Assembly: GCA_041859835.1 (NCBI GenBank)
Contig: JBFLFU010000003.1
Reading direction: 5' to 3' (one strand)
Source: Flexilinea sp.
GTDB taxonomy: Bacteria > Chloroflexota > Anaerolineae > Anaerolineales > Anaerolineaceae
Length of the DNA: 64,000 bases
The notes beneath the pieces were generated by a model. The model had not been told where the DNA came from and made no database searches. It worked only from the letters and a program-made list of their open reading frames with translations. The position numbers and the translations under genes are program-made. Shown here one piece after another: positions 1-9,064 of the stretch (positions are counted from its first letter, which is position 1; every line of letters starts with the position of its first letter).

Positions 1-504
1 GGGAAAGATATCACCAGCGATTATGTCGATTCACAATCCCGCATGACCAGTCTGGAGACCACCCGCGATAAACTGTATGAGATTATGGAAAAGGCCGAGA
101 CGGTCGAAGAGACGCTCGATGTTTATATGGAGATCTCCAATATTGAATCTGAAATTGAGGTGCTGAAAGGCCAATTGGTGTACATGGAACAAAGCGCGGC
201 ACTGTCTTCGATTTATGTTTCGATTCAGCAGATTCCGCCGGAACGTGTAGTTGAGATTCGCGGTTGGGATCCGAAAGCAATTGTGAATGGTGCAATTCAG
301 GATCTGATCGATGCCTCACAAAAGCTTTTGGAACAGTTGATTTATTTTGTGATTTCGGTATTGCCGATTTTGCTGGTGATCGGGTTGCCGCTGTTCTTTA
401 TTATTCGCGCTATTGTTCGGGCCATCGTGCGCAGCGATCAGGCTGCAAAAAAGACCCGGAGCGAAGAGAATTCTGAGGTATCCGATTTAGGGAAAACGGA
501 ATAA
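1..504 (+). CDS. DUF4349 domain-containing membrane protein, 5'-partial
   Basis: Frame 1 is open from base 1 (GKDITSDYVDSQSRMTSLETTRDKL...IESEIEVLKGQLVYME...LSSIYVSI), a DUF4349-like coiled-coil pattern, followed by a C-terminal TM helix. Confidence 0.75.
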   Translation, partial: GKDITSDYVDSQSRMTSLETTRDKLYEIMEKAETVEETLDVYMEISNIESEIEVLKGQLVYMEQSAALSSIYVSIQQIPPERVVEIRGWDPKAIVNGAIQDLIDASQKLLEQLIYFVISVLPILLVIGLPLFFIIRAIVRAIVRSDQAAKKTRSEENSEVSDLGKTE

Positions 505-593
505 CCGAAATGATCATTGAGGGTCTCGAACGAAGTGAATGCAAAGCTCCGCCTTGAGACGGCGTTTTTACGCCGTTTGGAGAGTCGGGATGA

Positions 594-644
594 CAAATCG
601 ATTGTAATTTTGTGCGCATTGCGCACAAAATTACAATCGATTTG
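594..644. repeat. Perfect 25-bp inverted repeat with 1-nt spacer, probable bidirectional terminator
   Basis: CAAATCGATTGTAATTTTGTGCGCA-T-TGCGCACAAAATTACAATCGATTTG between convergent genes. Confidence 0.9.
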
Positions 645-683
645 AAAATGATATTTTTTTACTATTGACAATCAACCATAAGG

Positions 684-1276
684 TTAAAGGTTCCGTATCT
701 CTGCCGCCGCCCGTGCAACAGCAGTCACCCGGCGGATAAAATCTTCTTTGGCATCCGTGTATCCGTCGCGGTCAAATTCAAATTGATCTTTCAAATGATA
801 TTTTAGCCCGGCATATTCAGCAACGGTCTGTGGATGCGAACGCAGATAATCGCGGAAATAAATTTCATCCCAATCACCCGGATAGCGGATATGCAGATGG
901 GATGCCTGCCCAACAAAGCCCTTCAGTTCAGCGTGTACCCTTTCAGAAACATCAGATGCGGGGCGGGTTTCTCAGGCTGCGCCGAAACGAGATAACCAGC
1001 CGCACAGACGGATTGAATGAACCTGTGAAGGTCGGTGTCCGCTTTGATTTCCAGCAGCATGTCAATGGTGGGTTTTGCGTCCAGCCCGGGTACAGCGGTG
1101 CTGCCGATGTGGTTCAAGCGGACAATTGTATCAGCGCCGATTGCCGTTTCAAGAAAGCCTTTCTCCTGTTCGAACAAAGCCGGCCATTGCGGATTATAGG
1201 GTTCGACGATGATTGGAAAGAGCCGGCCAAGTTCCTGCCGGCTCATGTGTTCGAGCGTTTTGTTCATTTCTTCCAC
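684..1276 (-). pseudogene. GrpB (UPF0157) family nucleotidyltransferase-fold protein, frameshifted; start uncertain (1297/1276/1267)
   Basis: The N-half (YNPQWPALFEQEK, HIGSTAVPGLDAKPTIDM) stops at 923-925. The C-half (GFVGQASHLHIRYPGDWDEIYFRDYLRSHP...DRDGYTDAKEDFI...RNL*) continues in another frame to TAA at 684-686. The break coincides with a TTCAG-TTCAG duplication at 922-931. Confidence 0.8.
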
Positions 1277-1323
1277 GTTGACGGGGAATGAATTCATGTG
1301 TTCTTTTATCCGGAATTGTCCGA

Positions 1324-2637
1324 TCAATTTTTGAACAGGCGGTCGTAGGATTGCGGCGCGTATTTTGCCACATCTTCCGAATCGATGTAATTCTTTTTGC
1401 AGATCTGTTCGTAAAAATCAACCGATGGCCGGCGAATTCGCTTCTGGGTGGCGTTTTCAAACCCCCAAAGACCGAAACGGTAAGACCAGCCGCGTTCCCA
1501 CTCAAAATTGTCGACCAGTGACCAGTGATAATATCCGATGATGGGCAGGTTGGCGTTCCAGGCGCGCCACAACTGCGCCAGATGATCCGCGAGGTAAACC
1601 GGACGCAGACTGTCATCCGCGTTTTCGATTCCGTTTTCGGTTACGATGACCGGTTTTCCATAGGATGCAGCCCATTCCAACGCCTGATAGAATGACTCCG
1701 GCTGGTTTGCCATGAATTTGTGATCGCTGAGGGTCACACCCTCAGGAAAGCTCAAAAACTGATTGGCGTAAGCGCTCAATTTCACCTGACTCGCGGTATA
1801 GTAATTCAGCCCGACAAAGTCCATGGTTCCTTTTGCTTTTCGCAGCGATTTGGAGCGCAGCACAAAGTTCAATTTTCCTTTGGCAATGGCATTTATAAAG
1901 GAATTGTTGAAATTGGCGTCAAAAATTTTCGTCAGTGTGCGGTCACCAATGTTGTTTGTTTTAGGGGTCAGCCCATGATAATTTATCGCTATTCCCACTC
2001 GGGAATCCGGTATGCGGCGGTGAATGAATTCATAAGCCATTGCGTGTGCCTGTACCATATTGCTCAATGCTTTGAAGGCGGAAGGAACATCCAACTTTTT
2101 TCCCGGCGGAAAAAGGCCCAGCAGATACCCGTTAAGGATGTAGACGTTCGGCTCGTTGATGGTAATCCAGTCCTTAACAAACGGTTTCAACGCAGTGACG
2201 GTCTTTTCGACGTAATCCTGAAAGATTTCCGCCGCGTCATCCCGTTCCCAGCCGCCGGCTTCCGTAAACCACAATGGGTCGGTGAAGTGATGGAGTGTGA
2301 CCATCGGGCGGATTCCACTGGTGGCCATGCCCCGCAGGATTTCCCGGTAATGGTCCAACGCGTTTTCATCCCAGCGGTCATATTCCGGCTGGATGCGGGA
2401 CCATTCGATAGACATGCGGTGGGTATTTTGCCCGGTCTCGGCCGCGCGATCCATGTCCTCACGCCAGCGGCCGCCCCACCAATCGCAGGCCAGCCCACTG
2501 ACATCTCCATTCAATATTTTGCCTGGCGCAGCTTCCCAGGCGGTCCAATTATTCTTGTTCTGCCCTTCCACCTGGTGCGACGAGGTGGCGGTTCCCCAGA
2601 GGAATTTTTTCGGAAATGTGAAGATAGCTGATGGCAA
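1324..2637 (-). CDS. Glycoside hydrolase family 1 (beta-glucosidase-like), cytoplasmic
   Basis: FLWGTATSSHQVEG, RMSIEWSRIQP, acid/base motif TINEP, nucleophile motif VTENG, WSLVDNFEW; TTG start with AAGGAG RBS. Confidence 0.93.
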   Translation of the reverse strand: MPSAIFTFPKKFLWGTATSSHQVEGQNKNNWTAWEAAPGKILNGDVSGLACDWWGGRWREDMDRAAETGQNTHRMSIEWSRIQPEYDRWDENALDHYREILRGMATSGIRPMVTLHHFTDPLWFTEAGGWERDDAAEIFQDYVEKTVTALKPFVKDWITINEPNVYILNGYLLGLFPPGKKLDVPSAFKALSNMVQAHAMAYEFIHRRIPDSRVGIAINYHGLTPKTNNIGDRTLTKIFDANFNNSFINAIAKGKLNFVLRSKSLRKAKGTMDFVGLNYYTASQVKLSAYANQFLSFPEGVTLSDHKFMANQPESFYQALEWAASYGKPVIVTENGIENADDSLRPVYLADHLAQLWRAWNANLPIIGYYHWSLVDNFEWERGWSYRFGLWGFENATQKRIRRPSVDFYEQICKKNYIDSEDVAKYAPQSYDRLFKN

Positions 2638-2647
2638 GTCGTTCTCC

Positions 2648-4756
2648 TTAGTACAATATGGCTTGAATCATGTCATTGATTTCCTGGTCCGGTTGCGCCA
2701 GCGCGACGGGTTCCTCGTTTTTCTGCAGCACACAGGTCTCCAGCGGGGCATCCGTTCCATTGAGCTGGCAACGGACTTCTTTCTGCAGAATCCGACCGCT
2801 TTCTTTGTCAAACCAAAACCGGTATTTATTTTGCGGTGCATTGACAGCATTCTCACTTGCCGACAACACATGGGTAAAAGAATAACACCAGGCTGAAATT
2901 TTGTCCAATTGGCAAGCCGCAACCGGCTCAGCCTGTGCGTTTGTCGTAAGGAGGTCAATGAAATCACTGCCATGGAAAAAAGGGTACCGTATGACCGTCC
3001 CGCCAGGATCAGCCCGATTTACCACCAGTGCCTGCGGCAGGAGGATCTGGGTGTCCGGCAAATTCCAGGTCCCGCTGATCAAGGTCTCGTCATCCGGATT
3101 TTTCATCAACGTGATATTGCTGATTACAGTTCCGTCTCCCGCAACCTGATCCCAGGTCTCTTGAATAACATCCGTCACCTGCTGGTCTTTGTCTGCATGT
3201 GGAATCAACTCCGGAAATTCTTCGCCGGCAATCCCCAATTTGATCTCACTGCGCTGAAAAATCCAATTGGCTTGCTTGCTCAATTTATCGGAATAGGCGA
3301 CCAGGTTTTCAGCAACGGTGACCAGGTCGGGATTTCCGTCTGGAACGAGACCGGAGAAATCATAAGTAACCGGCACGGTGACGGAAGCTTTTTTTTCTGC
3401 GAGAATGAGCGTGTTCAGCGGCCGCCATTCAAAGGACCAGGCCCCGTCCAATCGGAATTCGACTGAATTCCAGCTGAATTCCAGCTCGGTTATGTCGGTG
3501 GTTTCCAAATGAAAATCGCAGGCGAATTGATCCGATTCAGGGACGAAACCGCATTCTACCGGCGAGAGCGGGGCGATATCCGGGTTACTTTCAAAATTGA
3601 TTTTTGATAGGGCATGATCGGCCTGAATGAAAAGCCGCAATATCGGAAATTCATGCCCTTCGTCATTTGCGGTATATACGGCATACCCGGTTACCCCGGC
3701 TTGAAAATCCTTTAATGGAATTTCCGCTTCGAGCTGCCCTGCAGTGCCAGGCTGGAGCGGTTCCGGAAACGTAAGCTGCAGGCTGCCGGTGGTGGTGCGG
3801 CGCAGATAGACATGATCCAATGAGACAATCAACGGCTGCGGAGTGTTGACTGCAAGGAATGTGTAAGCGTTTCCGGTGACGTATTGATCGTCATCCACAA
3901 TATTAAATCCATAGGAGGATTCCCGCTTCAGCGCATACTTTTTCCCATCGGGCGTCGCCAACGAAACCCAGCCGATTCTCACCAGTTGTTCATCTTCGCG
4001 GTTCAGATGGATCGCCGGCTGGATCATGGAGCGATTGGGGGTCTGAGCAAAATTTAAGAGACTGAAAGTGACGTCGTGTTTTGTGTCGCTGAGCGGTGAT
4101 TGTGTTTTTCGTACCTGTGCGTTTCCGTCCGCGAACTCCAGTACCATCACGGCGCCTTCCGCTAACGGTTCAGTGTCGAATGGCACCTGATTAAAATCAA
4201 ATGATACGGTTTTTGGCGTTTCGTCCGTCAGAAACTCCAGCAGGCCGGCGATGACGACCGTGTTTCCATTATCGATCAGGCTGAAATGAGAGCCTGAGCC
4301 GGGTGTGAGCCAATTTCCGGATGGCAGCCCCAATTCGGCAACCGGCAGGTAACTGCCATAAATGCGGCTGTCGTCCGAAATTTTTTCACTCCATTGTGGC
4401 GAGAGACCCCAAATGAGGAAGCGGATCCGGACCCGGTGCTCTTCCACCACGGCATCGTTGACTTCTAATGTCAATTTTTCTCCGCCCGTGGTAGTGATTT
4501 CCAAGCTTTGCGGGTTCTGCAGCGATGCGAGTGATTGATTCTCTCCGATCAGGGTCACATCATCGGCTATGTATTCCTGTGCGCAAATCGGGGTTGCTGT
4601 TGTCAGATACAAAAAAAAGCAAAATGCGAAAAAGAGCCAGTGGCTTTTGAATCGTCTATTTGCAGAATTATTCCTTTGTTGTAAATTAAAAACATTTTTT
4701 CGCAATTTAAAAAATCCTTCCAAGAGAGTCTTGCTTTTCATACCCATATCAAACAT
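2648..4756 (-). CDS. Secreted hypothetical protein (about 700 aa; start uncertain)
   Basis: Long ORF with signal-peptide-like WLFFAFCFFLYLTTATPICA-QE; no recognised domain. Confidence 0.65.
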   Translation of the reverse strand: MFDMGMKSKTLLEGFFKLRKNVFNLQQRNNSANRRFKSHWLFFAFCFFLYLTTATPICAQEYIADDVTLIGENQSLASLQNPQSLEITTTGGEKLTLEVNDAVVEEHRVRIRFLIWGLSPQWSEKISDDSRIYGSYLPVAELGLPSGNWLTPGSGSHFSLIDNGNTVVIAGLLEFLTDETPKTVSFDFNQVPFDTEPLAEGAVMVLEFADGNAQVRKTQSPLSDTKHDVTFSLLNFAQTPNRSMIQPAIHLNREDEQLVRIGWVSLATPDGKKYALKRESSYGFNIVDDDQYVTGNAYTFLAVNTPQPLIVSLDHVYLRRTTTGSLQLTFPEPLQPGTAGQLEAEIPLKDFQAGVTGYAVYTANDEGHEFPILRLFIQADHALSKINFESNPDIAPLSPVECGFVPESDQFACDFHLETTDITELEFSWNSVEFRLDGAWSFEWRPLNTLILAEKKASVTVPVTYDFSGLVPDGNPDLVTVAENLVAYSDKLSKQANWIFQRSEIKLGIAGEEFPELIPHADKDQQVTDVIQETWDQVAGDGTVISNITLMKNPDDETLISGTWNLPDTQILLPQALVVNRADPGGTVIRYPFFHGSDFIDLLTTNAQAEPVAACQLDKISAWCYSFTHVLSASENAVNAPQNKYRFWFDKESGRILQKEVRCQLNGTDAPLETCVLQKNEEPVALAQPDQEINDMIQAILY

Positions 4757-4789
4757 GATAGGAGTGTCAAAAGCAATAAACGATGTACC

Positions 4790-4841
4790 TTGTAGGGGCG
4801 ATCATCCCCGTCAGGGTGCTTCGCGACGATCGCCCCTACAA
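4790..4841. repeat. GTAG-type REP-like element, copy 1
   Basis: 14-bp inverted arms TTGTAGGGGCGATC / GATCGCCCCTACAA around ATCCCCGTCAGGGTGCTTCGCGAC; related copies near 21478 and 24890. Confidence 0.75.
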
Positions 4842-4946
4842 AGACGCTCGTATAAAAGGTTTTTCTTCTCCAAATTTTACTTTTGACTTTCATATCATTC
4901 TGGCATCGCAAGGATACAACCCTTCCTACAATTATAATTACGAAAT

Positions 4947-5603
4947 ATGAATCGAATTATGAGAACGGATCTGAATGGGATCGATGTACCGCTGACCGTC
5001 GCGGTGATGGGAGACACACATATTAAAAAGCCCCGAGGTGGTTTGGCATCTGACGATCTCGATGCGATTCGGGGCGTTAAGCCGGATTTAATCCTGCATA
5101 CCGGCGACATCGTGGATTTGAGCGTGTTGGACGCATTGGAGATGATCGCGCCGGTTTTCGCCGTGCGCGGCAATCGCGATTTTGCGCACTGGCGGCAACT
5201 TCCGGCCGTGCGGCTTTTTGAATATGGCGATACTGAAATCTGTCTGCTGCATGGGCATGGGACCCTTCCGCAATACCTGCGAATGAAAGTCAGTTATTGG
5301 CGCGGGAAGCTCAATCCGCGATTTATCTCCCGGCAATTACCGCCGGAAGCCGCCGAGTCTGACATTGTCCTCTTTGGACACTCTCATATTCCTCAGATAT
5401 GGACCGAAGATGGAAAATTGTTCATTAATCCGGGCGCGTTTTCTGAAGGAAGCCCTGGGGATCGTTTCCGGTTTCCCGCTTTTGCCTGGTTCCGGCTTGA
5501 ACCTTCCCGGCGAATTATTGCAGAAATACTGTTTAAACAAGACTATTGGCATGTATATTGCAATAAAGAAATTGATTGGAAGATTAATGGAGGAACGCTA
5601 TGA
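4947..5603 (+). CDS. Metallophosphoesterase, YfcE/MJ0936 family
   Basis: Motifs GDTH, HTGD, GNRD, HGH, GHSH, NPG. Confidence 0.88.
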   Translation: MNRIMRTDLNGIDVPLTVAVMGDTHIKKPRGGLASDDLDAIRGVKPDLILHTGDIVDLSVLDALEMIAPVFAVRGNRDFAHWRQLPAVRLFEYGDTEICLLHGHGTLPQYLRMKVSYWRGKLNPRFISRQLPPEAAESDIVLFGHSHIPQIWTEDGKLFINPGAFSEGSPGDRFRFPAFAWFRLEPSRRIIAEILFKQDYWHVYCNKEIDWKINGGTL

Positions 5604-5743
5604 GTGGAGGATGGGTTTTTGGTTTTTTCCTGGGTGTATTAGGTATTATCAGCCATTTTACTTATATCCGTTTCGCGTCCGAATATAATTACTGGCTTTT
5701 AGTAATCGGGTTCTTTTTGGTTTCCCTGAACGCCCGCCGTTAA
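5600..5743 (+). CDS. Small two-TM membrane protein, 47 aa (below the ORF-track cutoff)
   Basis: MSGGWVFGFFLGVLGIISHFTYIRFASEYNYWLLVIGFFLVSLNARR; GGAGGA 5 nt upstream; ATGA overlap with the upstream stop. Confidence 0.6.
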   Translation: MSGGWVFGFFLGVLGIISHFTYIRFASEYNYWLLVIGFFLVSLNARR

Positions 5744-5820
5744 CCGGATTGACGAAACAACAAAGGAAGCGCCGCAGGATATGACTTTCGGATCACGCGG
5801 CGTTTTTTGTGTTTATCAAT

Positions 5821-6585
5821 TTATCGATCCCCGTGATGGGTTTCGGCATGCTGTTTCCGCTTTTGAGCGAGGGCGGCAAACAGAACACTGAGGAAAAAAA
5901 GCAGGATCAGCGGCACCATCAGAATGATCATGTTGACCGGATCCACCGTTGGTGTGATGATCATAGCCAGTACAGCGCAGACGACAATGGCTTGTCGCCA
6001 GTTTTTCAGGAGTTGACCGGCGGTCAGGACGCCGATCCGTGCCAGGATGAAAATGATCAGCGGCATCTCAAAAACCACGCCAACCCAGAACAGCATATTG
6101 GTTACGAAAGAAATGTAATTGGCAGGACGGACTTCCGTTTCGATCCCCATGAATGAGGTGAGAAAAGGGATCGCTACCGGCAGCAGGACAAAGTACGCAA
6201 AGGCTACTCCCCCCAGAAAGAACAGAATCATCAGCGGCAGGAAGGTGAACAGGGTTTGTTTCTCGTTTTGTTTCAGCGCCGGCAGAATGAAGGCCAGAAT
6301 TTCATATAGAATGACCGGGCAGGCCAGGATAAACCCGCCAAGCAGTGCAACCCGAAAAACTGCGCTGACGTTTTCGGTGACTTCGATCGAGCGCAGCCGC
6401 TCCATTCCGCCAATCGGACGGGTCAATATTGCCATGATCGATTCGGCGAAATAAATGCAGATCAGTGCGCCGGCCAGCAAGGCGATCAGTGAAATGAAAA
6501 GCCGCTTGCGCAGTTCTGCAATATGCTCACCGGTGGCGGCAAGAAATTCTTTGAAGGTCAAGCGGTCTTCCTGCGGGTCACTCAC
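5821..6585 (-). CDS. tatC: Twin-arginine translocase subunit TatC
   Basis: HIAELRKRL, EILAFILPALKQNEK, FEMPL, MIITPTVDPVNM; six TM segments. Confidence 0.95.
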   Translation of the reverse strand: MSDPQEDRLTFKEFLAATGEHIAELRKRLFISLIALLAGALICIYFAESIMAILTRPIGGMERLRSIEVTENVSAVFRVALLGGFILACPVILYEILAFILPALKQNEKQTLFTFLPLMILFFLGGVAFAYFVLLPVAIPFLTSFMGIETEVRPANYISFVTNMLFWVGVVFEMPLIIFILARIGVLTAGQLLKNWRQAIVVCAVLAMIITPTVDPVNMIILMVPLILLFFLSVLFAALAQKRKQHAETHHGDR

Positions 6586-6983
6586 GATTCGTCCTCTCCG
6601 GAAGTGTTATGATCCTGAGTGTTTTCGGAATCGTCCGGTTTGTTTTTGCTGCCGATCACTTCCGTTGAGGCAGCGCGAACTTCCTTTTCCCTCGTCTGCA
6701 ATTCCTGATTAATGTCGTTGATTTCGTGGCGGGTTTTTGTCTGCAGTTCCCGCAGTTCCTTGTTGATTTCATCCAACTGGACTTCTTTCATAAGCTGCGA
6801 CGGGTATTGTTTAATTTCCTTGTACAGCCCGAAAAATTCCCGCCAGGCATCGGAACGGACCACTTTACTGATCAGACGCGCCAGGCTGCGTGCGCCGGAT
6901 TTCATGCGCTCCGGACCCAGGAAGATCAGCATGAAGATCAAAACAAGAATGAGTTCCGGCAGGCCAATGTTGAAGAAATTCAT
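6582..6983 (-). CDS. tatB: TatA/TatB family translocase subunit (TatB-like)
   Basis: FNIGLPELILVLIFMLIFLGPERM followed by an amphipathic helix; GTGA overlap with tatC. Confidence 0.8.
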   Translation of the reverse strand: MNFFNIGLPELILVLIFMLIFLGPERMKSGARSLARLISKVVRSDAWREFFGLYKEIKQYPSQLMKEVQLDEINKELRELQTKTRHEINDINQELQTREKEVRAASTEVIGSKNKPDDSENTQDHNTSGEDES

Positions 6984-7408
6984 GCTACAGATTATACCTT
7001 GGATCATTTTGCGAGACAGTTATCTCTCAAAAAGAAGATCTGAAATTCTCTTTATATTCCGGGGTAAAAACGTTACAATAGATAAAACGGTTGTTATCGT
7101 TCCCGCTACCGTTATCGTTTCTCCTGTTGAAATAAAACGGAACCTTCGTCGCCATAAATCTATATCAAATTGAAATAAGCACAGGCAGTGCGATCATGTA
7201 AAACTATTTCGCAGGAAAATTTCGTCAATCTGAATCATGATTTGAGAATGGAACAATTTACAGAGGGATACAGCCTCCCATAACAAGCATCAAGAACACT
7301 GTGCTCAAAAATCGAATTGCTGTTCCGCTACCCGATTATGTGAGACTGTATTTTTTTGCAATCCCAGAAAAAGGAGTGTTTCGGGTTTCTATTTGGAAAT
7401 GGAGAAAG

Positions 7409-9043
7409 ATGTTGAAGATATTTCTTGTCGAAGATGAAATTGTTGTGCGTCAGGGCATTAAAAACAAAGTCAACTGGCGCGAGCATGATTTAGAATTTGC
7501 CGGCGAGGCAAGCGATGGTGAATTGGCATATCCAATGATCCGGAATCTTAAGCCGGATATTCTCATCACGGACATAAAAATGCCTTTTATGGACGGTCTG
7601 GCGCTAAGCCGCCTGGTGAAGCAGGAGATGCCCTGGATCAAGATTGTGATTCTGAGTGGCTACGATGAATTCCAGTATGCGAAAGAAGCGATCAGCATCG
7701 GTGTGACGGATTATCTGCTGAAACCGATCACCAGCGCGAAAATTCTGGAAACAATTCTGCTGATCAAGAAAAATGTTGAAGAAGAGCGCGCTCAACAGCA
7801 CATGAACCTTCAATATAAGCTGGAAATGCAGGAGAACGAAGATTTTCAGCGGCAGAGATTTTTTTCCGAACTGGTCGAAAATGATTTGTCCGTTCCTGAA
7901 CTGATTCAGAAAGCAAAGAAACTTGAAATTGAATTAAGCGCCCGGAGTTATAACATCATTCTGTTCAAATGTTATCAGAATGAAGAGCATATCCGGGAAC
8001 CCTATTCCGAACTTGTTATTCAGATGGAAGACCAGATCCAGACAAATTTTTCGGTCAGGAATCACATGATTTTGTTTCGTCGGCCGCTTGAGGGCTGGGC
8101 AATTTTAATTAAGGGGAGTGAACGGGAGCCGGCCGCGGCGGTGACCCGGCGCTGTATTGCTGAATTAGAGGATCTTTTTACGGGTGGTCAAACCCCGGAC
8201 TATTTTATTGGCGTTGGTATGCCTGTGCAACGGTTGCAGCAGATCTCAACTTCTTTTGATGAAGCCAGCCGCGCTTTTGCTTACCGATACATCATCGGGA
8301 AAAACCGGACCTTCTTCTATAACGAAATTTCTCACGCTCCGTTTGTTCAGAATTCCGGACTCAGTCTTAAAACCCTGGACACTTCCAAAATTGACAAAAT
8401 GATCATTGATCGGTTTCTGAAAAGTGGTTTGTACAGTGATGTACTCCATTTTGTTGATGATTATTTCGAAAATGCCGGTGACGAACACCTGGATTCGTTA
8501 TTGTTCCGGCAGTATTTGGCAATGGATATTCACATTGGAGCGGCTGCATTCCTGGATGAAATCGGTATTGGAAAAGCGGCTTTGATTGAGCGCTGCGGGG
8601 ATCTGGACCGGATTACGGACGATCTTTCTTCTCTGGAAAAAACCAAAGCGCATATTGCCGCGGTGCTGTCATGCGCGTTGCAGTTGCGGGATCAATCCGC
8701 CAACCAAAAATATCATGGCTTATTATCTGAAGCTGAGACTTTTATTCAGAAAAATTTTCAATCAGAAAATTTGTCGCTGAATCAGGTGGCACGTTCCGTC
8801 AACGTCAGTCCGACCCATTTCAGTACGATTTTCAGTCAGGAAAAAGGCATTACGTTTATTGAATATCTGACGACTGTCCGAATGGACAAAGCGAAGGAAT
8901 TGCTGCGTTGTTCCAGTCTGAAAAGTTCGGAAATCGGTTATGCGGTGGGGTATAAAGACCCCCATTATTTCAGCTATATTTTTAAGAAGATTCAAGGTTG
9001 CACGCCTAAAGAATACCGCTCCGGAAAAAACATTGGTTCATAG
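7409..9043 (+). CDS. YesN-like response regulator (REC plus AraC HTH)
   Basis: MLKIFLVEDE, DILITDIKMPFMDG, YLLKP; C-terminal AraC HTH (LNQVARSVNVSPTHFS...VGYKDPHYFS); GGAG RBS before ATG at 7409. Confidence 0.92.
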   Translation: MLKIFLVEDEIVVRQGIKNKVNWREHDLEFAGEASDGELAYPMIRNLKPDILITDIKMPFMDGLALSRLVKQEMPWIKIVILSGYDEFQYAKEAISIGVTDYLLKPITSAKILETILLIKKNVEEERAQQHMNLQYKLEMQENEDFQRQRFFSELVENDLSVPELIQKAKKLEIELSARSYNIILFKCYQNEEHIREPYSELVIQMEDQIQTNFSVRNHMILFRRPLEGWAILIKGSEREPAAAVTRRCIAELEDLFTGGQTPDYFIGVGMPVQRLQQISTSFDEASRAFAYRYIIGKNRTFFYNEISHAPFVQNSGLSLKTLDTSKIDKMIIDRFLKSGLYSDVLHFVDDYFENAGDEHLDSLLFRQYLAMDIHIGAAAFLDEIGIGKAALIERCGDLDRITDDLSSLEKTKAHIAAVLSCALQLRDQSANQKYHGLLSEAETFIQKNFQSENLSLNQVARSVNVSPTHFSTIFSQEKGITFIEYLTTVRMDKAKELLRCSSLKSSEIGYAVGYKDPHYFSYIFKKIQGCTPKEYRSGKNIGS

Positions 9044-9064
9044 AATTCGGACCGACTCGAAATA

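Noticed and set aside
7047-7175. 42-codon minus-strand ORF upstream of tatB (MATKVPFYF...)
   Set aside because: No RBS or clean -10 spacing, and tatB appears to have its own leaderless promoter
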